Counted from the first letter of the stretch, positions 7,205-16,171 are shown. The stretch is DNA of 32,000 nt from Ilumatobacteraceae bacterium (GCA_963698565.1 CAVORH010000049.1:1-32000), one strand, 5' to 3'. Translations and numbers: made by a program. The notes: generated by a model from the sequence alone, not told the origin.

Positions 7205-8517
7205 CCCACAAGTCACTCGACCTGCACGTGCCGACGCTCACCCGCGTCGAGGGCGAAGGGGCGATGCACGTCGTCGTCCGCGACGGCGTGGTCGAGGACG
7301 TCCAGCTCGAGATCTACGAGCCACCCCGCATGTTCGAGGCCTTCCTGCGCGGGCGGGCGCACCACGAACCCGTCGACATCACGGCGCGGATCTGCGGGAT
7401 CTGCCCGGTCGCCTACCAGATGAGCGCGGCCCACGCGATCGAACGGCTCGCCGGTGTGAGCGTCGACGGGCCGATCCGCGACCTGCGACGCCTGCTCTAC
7501 TGCGGCGAGTGGATCGAGAGCCACGTCCTGCACATGGCGTTCCTGCACGCACCGGACTTCCTCGGTGTCGACTCCGGGATCACGATCGCCCGGCAGGAAC
7601 CCGAGCTGATGACCGAGGTGCTGCACCTCAAGAAGACCGGCAACCGGATCATGGAGGTCGTCGGCGGACGTCCGATCCATCCGGTCAACGTGCGCCTCGG
7701 CGGGTTCTACCGGGCGCCGAGCCGGCGAGAGCTCCACGCCCTCGACGCCGACCTCGAACGGGCCCACGCCGCCGCGGTCGCTCTCGTCCGCTGGGTCGCC
7801 GGATTCGAATTCCCCTCGATCCCCGACCGCCTGGCCGAACACACCGAGTTCGTGTCGCTGCGTCACCCGCACGAGTACCCGCTCAACGAGGGCCGCATCG
7901 TGTCGAACCTCGGCCTCGACCTCGACGTCACCGAGTACGGCGAACGGCTCCGTGAGATCCACGTCGAACACTCGACCGCGCTGCACGCCACTCTCGACGG
8001 TGATCGTCGCTACCAGGTCGGCCCGCTCGCACGTTGGATGAACAACTTCGACCTGCTCACCGACTCGGTGCGCGACCTCGCCGGCGAGGTCGGCATCGGC
8101 GAGGTGGAGACCAACCCGTTCCGCAGCATCATCGTGCGGGGCCTGGAGACGGTGTGGGCGCTCGAGGAAGCCCAGCGCATCATCGACGCCTACACCCCGC
8201 CGCCCGAACCCGCCGTCGAGGTACCGCCCGTCGCCGGCACCGGGCAGGCAGCGACCGAGGCCCCGCGGGGCCTGCTCTACCACCGCTACGAACTCGACGA
8301 TGCCGGCATCATCGCCGACGCCGTGATCGTGCCACCCACCTCGCAGAACCAGATCGCGATCGAGGCCGACCTGCGCGACTTCGTGCAGTCACACCTCGAC
8401 CTCGACGACCACACGCTCGGTCACCGCTGCGAGCAGGTGATCCGCAACTACGACCCGTGCATCTCCTGCGCGACCCACTTCCTGCGCTTCAGCAGCGACC
8501 GGATCGGCGACCGATGA
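7201..8517 (+). CDS. hyhL: [NiFe]-hydrogenase large (alpha) subunit, group 3b type
   Basis: ATG 7201 overlaps the small-subunit stop (ATGA). The N-terminal Ni-binding motif RICGICP and C-terminal DPCISCATH are present, as is LTRVEGEG near the N-terminus. The 438-aa length fits group 3. The 6460 start in the track was rejected. Confidence 0.92.
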   Translation: MTHKSLDLHVPTLTRVEGEGAMHVVVRDGVVEDVQLEIYEPPRMFEAFLRGRAHHEPVDITARICGICPVAYQMSAAHAIERLAGVSVDGPIRDLRRLLYCGEWIESHVLHMAFLHAPDFLGVDSGITIARQEPELMTEVLHLKKTGNRIMEVVGGRPIHPVNVRLGGFYRAPSRRELHALDADLERAHAAAVALVRWVAGFEFPSIPDRLAEHTEFVSLRHPHEYPLNEGRIVSNLGLDLDVTEYGERLREIHVEHSTALHATLDGDRRYQVGPLARWMNNFDLLTDSVRDLAGEVGIGEVETNPFRSIIVRGLETVWALEEAQRIIDAYTPPPEPAVEVPPVAGTGQAATEAPRGLLYHRYELDDAGIIADAVIVPPTSQNQIAIEADLRDFVQSHLDLDDHTLGHRCEQVIRNYDPCISCATHFLRFSSDRIGDR

Positions 8518-8972
8518 CCACGATCGTGATCGGCGTCGGCAACCGCGACCGCGGTGACGATGCCGTCGGCCCGATCGTGTGCGACCGGCTGCGCGCGCGG
8601 TACCCCGCCGACGCCCCCCTGCGGGTGATCGTGTGTGAGGGCTCGATCCTCGATCTCGCGCTCCACTGGCAGTCCGACGATCACGTGGTGATCGTCGACG
8701 CGATGCAGCCCGGCACGGCGCCGGGACGTGTCGTGACCTTCGACGCGACGGCGGAGCCGCTGCCGACGCCCGGGGCGGTGTCGACCCACGAGATCGACGT
8801 GTCGGTCGCGATCGAACTCGCCCGGGCGATCGGACGGATGCCGGCGCAGCTGCTCCTGATCGGCGTCGAAGCCGCACAGACCGAGTGGGGAACCCCACCC
8901 AGCCCGCCGGTCGACGCCGCGATCGAGGCCGTCGTCGACGAGTTCGTTCGCGACCACCTCGCCATGCGATGA
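8514..8972 (+). CDS. hydrogenase maturation endopeptidase (HycI/HoxW-like)
   Basis: ATG 8514 overlaps the large-subunit stop (ATGA). [19 protein letters not shown] is the typical GxGNxxxxDDxxG start of this protease family. Length is 152 aa. Confidence 0.85.
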   Translation: MTTIVIGVGNRDRGDDAVGPIVCDRLRARYPADAPLRVIVCEGSILDLALHWQSDDHVVIVDAMQPGTAPGRVVTFDATAEPLPTPGAVSTHEIDVSVAIELARAIGRMPAQLLLIGVEAAQTEWGTPPSPPVDAAIEAVVDEFVRDHLAMR

Positions 8973-9009
8973 GTTTCCGGGCCACCCCTCGGCCACGAAT
9001 CTCATCGCA
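8965..9009. terminator. hairpin between convergent genes (possible bidirectional terminator)
   Basis: TGCGATGAG (8965-8973) pairs with CTCATCGCA (9001-9009). An inner TTC/GAA pairing is also possible. It overlaps the endopeptidase stop codon. There is no clear U-tract. Confidence 0.35.
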
Positions 9010-9044
9010 GCGCAGTCGTTCGCTGGGCTCGGGGTGATTCGGGC

Positions 9045-9770
9045 TCAACCGGCGGCGAACGTCGCCAGCTGATCGAGCGTCGTCCGCCGCAGGCGATCGA
9101 GCTGTTGCGGGCGCAGCCGCTCGCACACCGTGCTCCAGTGCAGCGCCACCCAATCACCCACCTCGACAGCGATCGGACTCGTCACCTGTTCGATCACCGG
9201 CTCGCCGAAGCACAGCCGGCTGCCCTCCCACACCAGTGGCCGGCGGCGCGCCAGTGGCACGCCGGCACTGATGTCGACCACCTGCGCCCAGCTGACGCAA
9301 CACTGGTCGACGATGCGCAACGGTTCGTCGACGACGCCACGGCGCATCAACCCCGTCCACGGGGTGACGTGGAGTACGTGGTAGCTGTGGTGCGCGACGC
9401 CGACAGCGACGGACTCGTCGATCCGCGACCATGCTGATCCGGCCCGTCGCCGGAAACGCGCATCGATCGAGTTGCCGAAGTCGTGCACGCTCACCCGGTC
9501 GAGTAGCCCGTTGCCGATCCAGTACGCCTCGACCACGTCGGCGTCGAGTGGGTCGATGCGGTGTGCGGCACCGGCGAGCAACTCGAGGTACGGGTACGCG
9601 CCTTCGAACTGTGCAGCCAACTCGGCGAACCCCCCATCGATCGGTGCATGCAGGTACTCGCCGACGCCCCCGGACGAGACCGGACCACAGTGGCCGAGCC
9701 GGTTGGGAGGCGATGCGAACCGGACGAACCGCAACGGCCCGGAGGGCGCGTCGGGGGTTGCGGCGGGCAT
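9045..9770 (-). CDS. conserved hypothetical protein with HypC/HupF-like C-terminal segment
   Basis: ATG 9770 lies 2 nt after the upstream DMT stop. The 384-aa ORF-track version is an Arg-rich extension overlapping that gene, so I rejected it. N-terminal FVRFASPPNRLGHCGP is a motif I associate with hydrogenase-linked unknowns. The C-terminal CCVSWAQVVDIS...VEVGDWVALHWSTVCERL resembles the HypC pattern C-x3-P-x-VV-x-I ... vGDyVLvH. Confidence 0.6.
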   Translation of the reverse strand: MPAATPDAPSGPLRFVRFASPPNRLGHCGPVSSGGVGEYLHAPIDGGFAELAAQFEGAYPYLELLAGAAHRIDPLDADVVEAYWIGNGLLDRVSVHDFGNSIDARFRRRAGSAWSRIDESVAVGVAHHSYHVLHVTPWTGLMRRGVVDEPLRIVDQCCVSWAQVVDISAGVPLARRRPLVWEGSRLCFGEPVIEQVTSPIAVEVGDWVALHWSTVCERLRPQQLDRLRRTTLDQLATFAAG

Positions 9771-9772
9771 GA

Positions 9773-10747
9773 TCACGACGCCAGCCCGTGCGACGGCCGG
9801 GCCGGCACGCCGCGGCGAGCCGACGACGCGACGACCACGAGGACACCGGCGAGCACGACGAGGTAGCCGACGGCATCGACGGTGATCGGCACGCCTCGCA
9901 ACCCGCTGTTCAGCACGGCCGTCACCACCGCACCGGCGACGAGCACGGCGGTGACATCGGTGGCGGGCGCCATGGCGAGCGCTCGGTACCAGAGCGTCAC
10001 GAAGACACCGAGCGTCGTGCCGGTGACGGCGATCCACCACCACTGCCCGACCGTGAACCCGGCGAGCGCGCCGAGTTCGCCACGGGCGGCGAGCCATGCG
10101 AGCAACAGCGCCGCGCCTCCGAGCATGCGCACCACCGCCAGCCACCGCGCCGGGACCGTCGCCAGCAGGCGCTTGACGACGAGCACCTCGAGCGCCCACG
10201 CCAGGGTGGCAACGAGGATCAACAGCTCACCACGGCCGACACCCGAGATGCTGACACCGCCGCTGACGACGATGTGGCCGACGACCAGCAACGCGATCGC
10301 CAGCAGGTGTGCTGGCCGCAATCGCTCGTGCAGCACGACCGCGGCGCCGACGGCGACCCAGACGACGAGCGTCTTGTGGATGAATGCCGCATCGTTCGAT
10401 GTCGCGAGTGCGAGCCCCTCGAAGAACAGGACGAACGGCACGGCACCACCGATCACGGCAACCACGGCCAACCACGGCCACGTGGACCGACCGATCGATC
10501 CGGGCCGTTGCGCGGCCGGAACCGGCAGCACGACGAGCACGACCGTCAGCAGCACCCCGGCCCAGAGATTCTTGGCGGTCGTGTAAACCGTCGCGTCGTC
10601 GAAGTGACGCACCGCCAGTCCGTTGACGAACACGGCGACGCCGCTGACCAGCGCGGCCACGACCGCGGGCCAGAGCGGCCAGCGATCGCCACGGGCGGAG
10701 ACCGGCGTCGTGGCGCCAGCCCGATCGTTCTGCACCGACGTAGTCAT
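9773..10747 (-). CDS. DMT-superfamily (EamA-like) transporter
   Basis: The protein has about 10 hydrophobic helices in two EamA-like halves. ATG 10747 overlaps the hypC stop (ATGA). Confidence 0.8.
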   Translation of the reverse strand: MTTSVQNDRAGATTPVSARGDRWPLWPAVVAALVSGVAVFVNGLAVRHFDDATVYTTAKNLWAGVLLTVVLVVLPVPAAQRPGSIGRSTWPWLAVVAVIGGAVPFVLFFEGLALATSNDAAFIHKTLVVWVAVGAAVVLHERLRPAHLLAIALLVVGHIVVSGGVSISGVGRGELLILVATLAWALEVLVVKRLLATVPARWLAVVRMLGGAALLLAWLAARGELGALAGFTVGQWWWIAVTGTTLGVFVTLWYRALAMAPATDVTAVLVAGAVVTAVLNSGLRGVPITVDAVGYLVVLAGVLVVVASSARRGVPARPSHGLAS

Positions 10748-10977
10748 GTCCTCGCGTCCTCCTGTTCGAACGGATGCACGGCGTCGCCCAACTCCGAGTC
10801 GTCGGTGATCGCCAGCACGAACCCCATCGAGACGATCACGACATCGCCTGGTCGGACCGCCGCACCCTCGGCGAGCACCACGTCGAGCGACGCCGTCACC
10901 TCACGGCCGGCGAACTCGACGACGGCGCGCCGCTCGTCGAGCAGCCCGAGGACGCGGCCCACCTCACCCAGGCACAT
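10744..10977 (-). CDS. hypC: hydrogenase assembly chaperone HypC/HupF
   Basis: The start was set at ATG-TGC (10977) because HypC requires an N-terminal Met-Cys. The sequence is MCLGEVGRVLGL...AVVEF.G...ASLDVV...VRPGDVVIVSMGFVLAI, 77 aa. Confidence 0.85.
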   Translation of the reverse strand: MCLGEVGRVLGLLDERRAVVEFAGREVTASLDVVLAEGAAVRPGDVVIVSMGFVLAITDDSELGDAVHPFEQEDART

Positions 10978-11075
10978 GACGAACACCAGCCGTCCGCGTC
11001 GACGGTCCCATGACCTCACCCAACTGCGTGCGAGCCACCGGGGCCAGTGCCGAACGACCCTCTCGTACGAGCCGG

Positions 11076-11126
11076 CGTTCCCGTGAACAAGGTGCGCACC
11101 TGGGCCGCGCCTTGTTCACGGGAACG
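11076..11126. repeat. 17-bp-stem inverted repeat sharing termini and spacing with the 5535-5581 palindrome
   Basis: CGTTCCCGTGAACAAGG (11076-11092), 17-nt loop, CCTTGTTCACGGGAACG (11110-11126). It lies 3 nt after the nitroreductase stop and about 100-150 nt upstream of the hypC ATG, all on the minus strand. Confidence 0.9.
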
Positions 11127-11128
11127 GA

Positions 11129-11791
11129 TCAGTCGACCGGTTGCTTCCAGCGGTTGAGGTACGTGACGTCCGCAGCCGGGCGGCGCGGCGCCGGGGTGAA
11201 CGAGTCGCCGGTGTAGTAGCCAACCGCGAGCAGGCACACCTGTGTGACGGTCGGCGGGATGCCGAGCAGCTCGGCGACCTCGGCCTCGTGCTCGAGATGG
11301 AACGTGGTCCACGCCGAGCCGATCCCTCGCGACCGCGCCGCGAGCTGGAAGCTCCACACGCCCGGCAACACCGAGCCGTAGTAGCCCGCGTACGCACCGG
11401 TCGACGAGCCGTCGGGGACCCGATCGAGTCGCATCGACAGCACCAGGGCCGGCACCTCGTGGAGGTGTTCGACGAGGAACATCGCCGAATCGATCACCTT
11501 CGTGCTTCGATCGTCGCTGCGCACCTCGGTGTTGGCCTGCAGGTACGGCCGTCCGACCGCACCGAAGTACTCGGAGATCTTCGCCTTGGTGTCGGGATCG
11601 TCGATGATCATCCACCGGTTGCGTTCGAGGTTGCCGCCCATCGGCGCATGGCTCGCAATGTCGATGCACTCGAGCAGCTCCTCGTACGGCACCGGCCGCG
11701 TGAGGTCGAGCCGCTTGCGGACCTGCTTGGTGGTCTTCAGGAGGAGGTCGGTCTGGTCGAGATCGAAGCCGGTGATCGGGTGCTGTGCCAT
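11129..11791 (-). CDS. nitroreductase-family oxidoreductase
   Basis: The start was set at ATG 11791 (MAQHPITGFDL..). The R-x-R-L/F motif near the N-terminus (VRKRLDLTRPV) and the overall pattern (IDIASHAPMGGN, WMIIDD, AARSRGIGSAWT) are typical of the nitroreductase fold. Confidence 0.75.
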   Translation of the reverse strand: MAQHPITGFDLDQTDLLLKTTKQVRKRLDLTRPVPYEELLECIDIASHAPMGGNLERNRWMIIDDPDTKAKISEYFGAVGRPYLQANTEVRSDDRSTKVIDSAMFLVEHLHEVPALVLSMRLDRVPDGSSTGAYAGYYGSVLPGVWSFQLAARSRGIGSAWTTFHLEHEAEVAELLGIPPTVTQVCLLAVGYYTGDSFTPAPRRPAADVTYLNRWKQPVD

Positions 11792-11838
11792 CGGCCCAGA
11801 ATGGCATTCCGGCTCGCGCCGCCCGCTACGTTGCGCGC

Positions 11839-12783
11839 GTGACCACCACACCTGCCGACACGTCCAGCGCGGCAGCCGCCGACGCCCGGGACCTGTCACG
11901 GGGCTTGATCGGCGCCGGCATCGCCGTGTGCGCCTGGTCGACCGGCACCATCCTGGCCAAGTACATCGACATGGGCAGCCTGGCGATCGGCTTCTACCGA
12001 TTCCTGTTCTTCGCCGTGATGATCATCGTCTGGATGTACGCGCAGGGCACGCCGTTCCGCCTGCGAGTGATGCGCGACTCGCTGTGGGGCGGCATCGCGC
12101 TCGGCGCCGACATCGCCCTGTTCTTCTCGGCGGTGAAGCTCACCAGCGTCGTCAATGCCACGATCATCGGCTCGATGCAACCGATCGTCGTCGGAGTGAT
12201 CGCCGCCAAGTTCTTCGGCGAGAGGATCGGCATGCGCAACGTGTTGTGGTCGCTCGTCGCTCTCTGCGGCACGATCGTCGTGGTCGCATCGTCAGCCGGT
12301 GGCGACGGCAACGACTGGCTCGGCGACCTGCTCGCACTGGCCGCGATGCTGTCGTGGAGCGCCTACTTCATCACCTCGAAGAACTCGAAGAAGACCATGA
12401 CCTCGACCGAGTTCACCGCTGGCACGGCATTGTGGACGGTGATCATCTGCGCTCCGCTGGGGCTCGCATTCGGGCAGGACATGACGTGGCCGTCGCTGTC
12501 GAACTGGGGGCTGCTGATCGTGATGGCTGTCAGCTCCGGCCTGATCGGCCACGCGATGATGAACTGGTCGCTGGTGCGTATCCCACTCTGGGTCGGCTCC
12601 ACGTTCACCCTCCTGATCCCCGTGTTCTCCGCGCTGCTCGCCTGGCTGGTGCTCGGCGAGGCCGTCACGGCGATACAGGGTCTCGCGATGGCCGTGGTGA
12701 TCGGTGCGCTCGCCGTGGTCGTTCGCAACCAATCCCAGCCTGCTCCTGCCGCACCGACTGAACCACCAACCCCGTTTGCGTGA
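11839..12783 (+). CDS. DMT-superfamily (EamA-like) transporter
   Basis: The protein has ten predicted helices and EamA-like repeats. I preferred GTG 11839 because the ORF-track start 11785 overlaps the divergent nitroreductase start. The start remains uncertain. Confidence 0.75.
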   Translation: MTTTPADTSSAAAADARDLSRGLIGAGIAVCAWSTGTILAKYIDMGSLAIGFYRFLFFAVMIIVWMYAQGTPFRLRVMRDSLWGGIALGADIALFFSAVKLTSVVNATIIGSMQPIVVGVIAAKFFGERIGMRNVLWSLVALCGTIVVVASSAGGDGNDWLGDLLALAAMLSWSAYFITSKNSKKTMTSTEFTAGTALWTVIICAPLGLAFGQDMTWPSLSNWGLLIVMAVSSGLIGHAMMNWSLVRIPLWVGSTFTLLIPVFSALLAWLVLGEAVTAIQGLAMAVVIGALAVVVRNQSQPAPAAPTEPPTPFA

Positions 12784-12830
12784 CGACTTCCGGTGGGCCG
12801 CCCCACCGAGAACTCGACGCAAACGGGGTT
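12768..12830. repeat. ~63-bp nested-hairpin intergenic repeat, copy A
   Basis: The outer stem pairs AACCCCGTTTGCGT (12768-12781) with ACGCAAACGGGGTT (12817-12830). The inner stem pairs CGGTGGG (12791-12797) with CCCACCG (12802-12808). The left arm also encodes the last 4 codons and the stop of the DMT gene. A homologous copy lies at 18984-19044. Confidence 0.85.
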
Positions 12831-12846
12831 GACGGCTGGCGGCGGG

Positions 12847-13596
12847 TCAGGCGACGTCGCGTCGACGTACGGCGACCGCGCCGAGCAGGGCCGGAACGAG
12901 TGCCCACACCAACAGCGCCAGCGCAGCAGCAGGGGCTGTCACCTCTGCTTCGACGCCTGACAGGTCGAGCGCCAGGCTCGCCGGGATCCACGACGCCGTC
13001 GAGCTGACCAGCTGCACGAGCATCGGCGGCGCCACGATCAGCACGAGCACGGCCCCGGTCACGGCACCACCGACGTTGCGGACCACGATGCCGATCCCGG
13101 CACCCAACACCGCCCCAACTGCCCCGGCGAACGCAGAGGCGCCGACCACTCGCAGGACGTCGAGCACCGGGACCAGGAATCCGTACTCGGTGGTCGGCAG
13201 CGTCACCGCCACGGCGAACGTCGTGATGCCGGCGCCCGCTGCGCCCAACACTCCGCCGCCGATCGCGATCGCGACCAGCTGGGCGACGACCGCACGTCGG
13301 CGCTGCGGATCCGCGAGGAACGTCGGGATCACCGTCTGGTGCGCGTACTCACGCGCCGCCGCGATCGCCCCGAAGAGTCCGGCGATCATCGTGGCGTTGA
13401 CCGCGAACGCGATCAACGACTGCTGGTCGGCGGCGGTCGACACGAACGTCTTGCTGCCGTCGAAGTCGGTGCCGAACGCCACCGATGCGGCGTTGATGCC
13501 ACCCATCGTCAGCAGCACCAGCAGGAACGCCCACGGCATCCGCGTGGTCGTCAACTTCATCAGCTCTGCTCGAACCGAACGTTGCATCGGGCTCAT
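12847..13596 (-). CDS. ABC-2 type transporter permease
   Basis: ATG 13596 shares one nt with the ATPase stop (TGATG). The protein has six hydrophobic helices. The N-terminus MSPMQRSVRAELMKLTTTRMPW is typical of ABC-2 permeases. Confidence 0.75.
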   Translation of the reverse strand: MSPMQRSVRAELMKLTTTRMPWAFLLVLLTMGGINAASVAFGTDFDGSKTFVSTAADQQSLIAFAVNATMIAGLFGAIAAAREYAHQTVIPTFLADPQRRRAVVAQLVAIAIGGGVLGAAGAGITTFAVAVTLPTTEYGFLVPVLDVLRVVGASAFAGAVGAVLGAGIGIVVRNVGGAVTGAVLVLIVAPPMLVQLVSSTASWIPASLALDLSGVEAEVTAPAAALALLVWALVPALLGAVAVRRRDVA

Positions 13597-14546
13597 CACA
13601 CGACCTCCTTCGACACGTCCTGCTCCTCGGCGGACACCGCTGGCCCGGCGCCCGCCTGCTGCGTCCACCGCATGAACAGGTCCTCGAGCGACCCTGACCG
13701 GGTGCTCAACTCCGAGACCTCGACCCCGTGACCGAACGCGATGTGGCCGATCTCGGCGAGGCCGAGACCGCGCACCAGCAGCGATCCGGGGTCTCCCTCG
13801 ATCCCGGCCGACTCGACGTCTGCACCCGCCCCTCGCAGCGCTTCGGCCAGTGCGAGTGCGTGAGGCGAGCTCACGAGGGCGGTCTCGTGGCGCAGCTCGG
13901 CGAGGGGACCGCTCGTGATGAGCCGCCCTCGGTTGATCACCACGACGTCGTCGACGAGGTGCTCGACCTCACCGAGCAGGTGGCTCGACACGAACACCGT
14001 GTCGCCTCTCGCCGCCCGCTGCCGCAGCAACTCGCGCAGCTCGCGAACGCCCTGCGGGTCGAGACCGTTGCCCGGCTCGTCGAGCACGAGCACCGGCGGG
14101 TCGCACAGCAGTGCCGCCGCGAGGCCGAGCCGCTGGCGCATGCCGAGCGAGTAGGTCCCCGCACGTCGATCCGCGGCGTCGGTCAACCCTGCGGCGACCA
14201 GCGACTCCTCCACACGTCGTTCCGGAACACCGGCGGCGCAGGCGAGGATGCGGAGGTGATCGCGCCCCGAGCGGCCGGGGTGGAACGCGTTGGTCTCCAA
14301 CGCGGCGCCGACCGTGGCGCTCGGATCGTCGAGTTCCACGTATGCACGATCGCCGACACGGGTCGAACCACCGTCGACTGCAGCGAGGCCGAGCAGCATC
14401 TTCATCGTCGTCGACTTCCCCGATCCGTTCGGACCGAGGAACCCCGTGACCCGTCCGGGCGCAACCATGAACGACAGGTCGTCGACCACGGTGCGGTCGC
14501 CGTAGCGCTTGGTGACGTGGTCGACGACCAGTGGGATCCCAGTCAT
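13596..14546 (-). CDS. ABC transporter ATP-binding protein
   Basis: Walker A GPNGSGKST, signature YSLGMRQRL and Walker B VLVLDEP are present. ATG 14546 overlaps the upstream hydrolase stop (ATGA). Confidence 0.9.
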   Translation of the reverse strand: MTGIPLVVDHVTKRYGDRTVVDDLSFMVAPGRVTGFLGPNGSGKSTTMKMLLGLAAVDGGSTRVGDRAYVELDDPSATVGAALETNAFHPGRSGRDHLRILACAAGVPERRVEESLVAAGLTDAADRRAGTYSLGMRQRLGLAAALLCDPPVLVLDEPGNGLDPQGVRELRELLRQRAARGDTVFVSSHLLGEVEHLVDDVVVINRGRLITSGPLAELRHETALVSSPHALALAEALRGAGADVESAGIEGDPGSLLVRGLGLAEIGHIAFGHGVEVSELSTRSGSLEDLFMRWTQQAGAGPAVSAEEQDVSKEVV

Positions 14547-16171
14547 GACTCCTCCGTTCCGGTGGTCGGTGTGGTCATCTCCAGCACCGTGTCGGTCATG
14601 TAGTCGACGAACTCGTCGGGCTGCTCCCACAAGGGGCGATGACCCGAGGTGTCGAACTCGACGCGGTCGACGATCGGTGCCTCGATCATCGGGTACCAGT
14701 CGTCGAACACCTCTGCTCGACCGTCGGCCTCATGGGCCCCCTGCACGAAGAACATCGGCACCTCGAACTCGGTGGCCGACTCGCGGAAGTCGATGTCCTG
14801 CAGTTGCGGGTAGAGCGCCGCGAACGTGTCCATGAACGCCGGCAGCACGTGCAGTTGATCGAGAAGCGTGTACTCCGACACGAGCAGGTTCTCCGACATC
14901 TGGCCTTCGCCTTCGGAGTTCCGACTGTGGTCGTAGCCGTAGACGTCCTGCTCGTGCGACAGGGCGGTCTCGTAGTCGAGCATCCGGTCGTACGGGGGAG
15001 GTCCGATGTCGCGCAGTTCGCCGGCGAGGTCGTCGCGCCCGGTCGCCTCGGCCCACTCGAGCGTGTCGGCGTAGAACCGGCGGTCGGTCTCGAGTTGGCT
15101 GACCATCTGACCGGTGCCGATGAACGCCCGGTACAGCTCGGGCCGCTCCTGCACCGCCAGCACACCGAGCGTGGTGCCCCACGACTGACCGACCAGGTAG
15201 ATCTGCTCGGTCTCGAACCGATCGATCAGGTACTCCGTGACGACGATGGTGTCGTCGACCGATCCGTCGAGCGTGATCGTGTCGGTCGGGTCGAGTTCCG
15301 AATACGACGTGCCACTCCCCCGCTGGTCCCAGGTGGCGACGGTGAAGTGCTCCTCGAGTTCGGGGAGGTGGCGACGCATGGCCCCGTACTCCGACCCACC
15401 GGGCCCACCGGCGAGGAACAGCAGCACCGGGTTGCCGACGCTGTGGCCGCGGACCATCAGGCCGAGGTCGTGGCCGTTGACGTCGATCCGTGTCAACTCG
15501 GCGACGCTGCCGGGGATCACCTTGCCATCAGCATCACGGATCGCCGCCGTGCCCGCCGGTCGCAGCAGCGCGACCGAGAACACGAACAGTGCAACCGCCG
15601 TGAGCCCGGTCGCGACCCGACGGAGTATCACGCCGAACCGACGGCCGGCCGGACGATCCGACGACATCCGCACGGTGATCCAGCGGGCGGCGCCGGCACC
15701 GAGTGCGGCACCGAGCACCATCGGCACGAGCGAGAGCAGGCCGTGCACACCACGCCCGAGCACCAGTGCCAGCAGCCCGTAGCTGCTGAGCTCGAGGCCG
15801 TCCACGCTCGGCCCGCCGACGTCGAGCCGCACGAGTTCGAACATCGCCGCGAAGGCGACCGGGGCGATCAGCATCGCCCAGCGAGACCGGGCGGCAAGCC
15901 CGGCGGACGCACCCACCAGCAAGCTGACGAGGAGCGACGTCATCGCCGCGCCGGTGGTCAGCGGACCTCGGGGCATCCACGACCCGGCGACGAGACCCCA
16001 GAGAGCACCCGGCGCGGCGGCGACGGCAAGCGCCCAGCGAGTGCGGCTCCACAACGGCAGGAGCCGCTCGCCGAGCCGACTTCCCAGGTCATCGACCTTC
16101 GTCCGCCGCCGGGTGGGGAACGACGGGGCCGTGGCAGCACCGGGTCGGTCGGTGGATCGGAACGTCGTCAT
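14543..16171 (-). CDS. membrane-anchored alpha/beta-hydrolase (proline-iminopeptidase-like) with polytopic N-terminal domain
   Basis: The nucleophile elbow GQSWG and the oxyanion region LFLAGGPGGS are present, plus WDQRGSG. About 5 hydrophobic helices precede the hydrolase fold. I chose ATG 16171 (or GTG 16174) because GAGGAGG lies 5-8 nt upstream on the minus strand. Confidence 0.75.
   Translation of the reverse strand: MTTFRSTDRPGAATAPSFPTRRRTKVDDLGSRLGERLLPLWSRTRWALAVAAAPGALWGLVAGSWMPRGPLTTGAAMTSLLVSLLVGASAGLAARSRWAMLIAPVAFAAMFELVRLDVGGPSVDGLELSSYGLLALVLGRGVHGLLSLVPMVLGAALGAGAARWITVRMSSDRPAGRRFGVILRRVATGLTAVALFVFSVALLRPAGTAAIRDADGKVIPGSVAELTRIDVNGHDLGLMVRGHSVGNPVLLFLAGGPGGSEYGAMRRHLPELEEHFTVATWDQRGSGTSYSELDPTDTITLDGSVDDTIVVTEYLIDRFETEQIYLVGQSWGTTLGVLAVQERPELYRAFIGTGQMVSQLETDRRFYADTLEWAEATGRDDLAGELRDIGPPPYDRMLDYETALSHEQDVYGYDHSRNSEGEGQMSENLLVSEYTLLDQLHVLPAFMDTFAALYPQLQDIDFRESATEFEVPMFFVQGAHEADGRAEVFDDWYPMIEAPIVDRVEFDTSGHRPLWEQPDEFVDYMTDTVLEMTTPTTGTEES

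Noticed and set aside
9788-11086. 432-aa + strand ORF plus several 70-240-aa ORFs across 9100-10800
   Set aside because: These lie antisense to the DMT transporter, hypC and the unknown gene. They have Arg/Asp/His-rich composition and no motifs.
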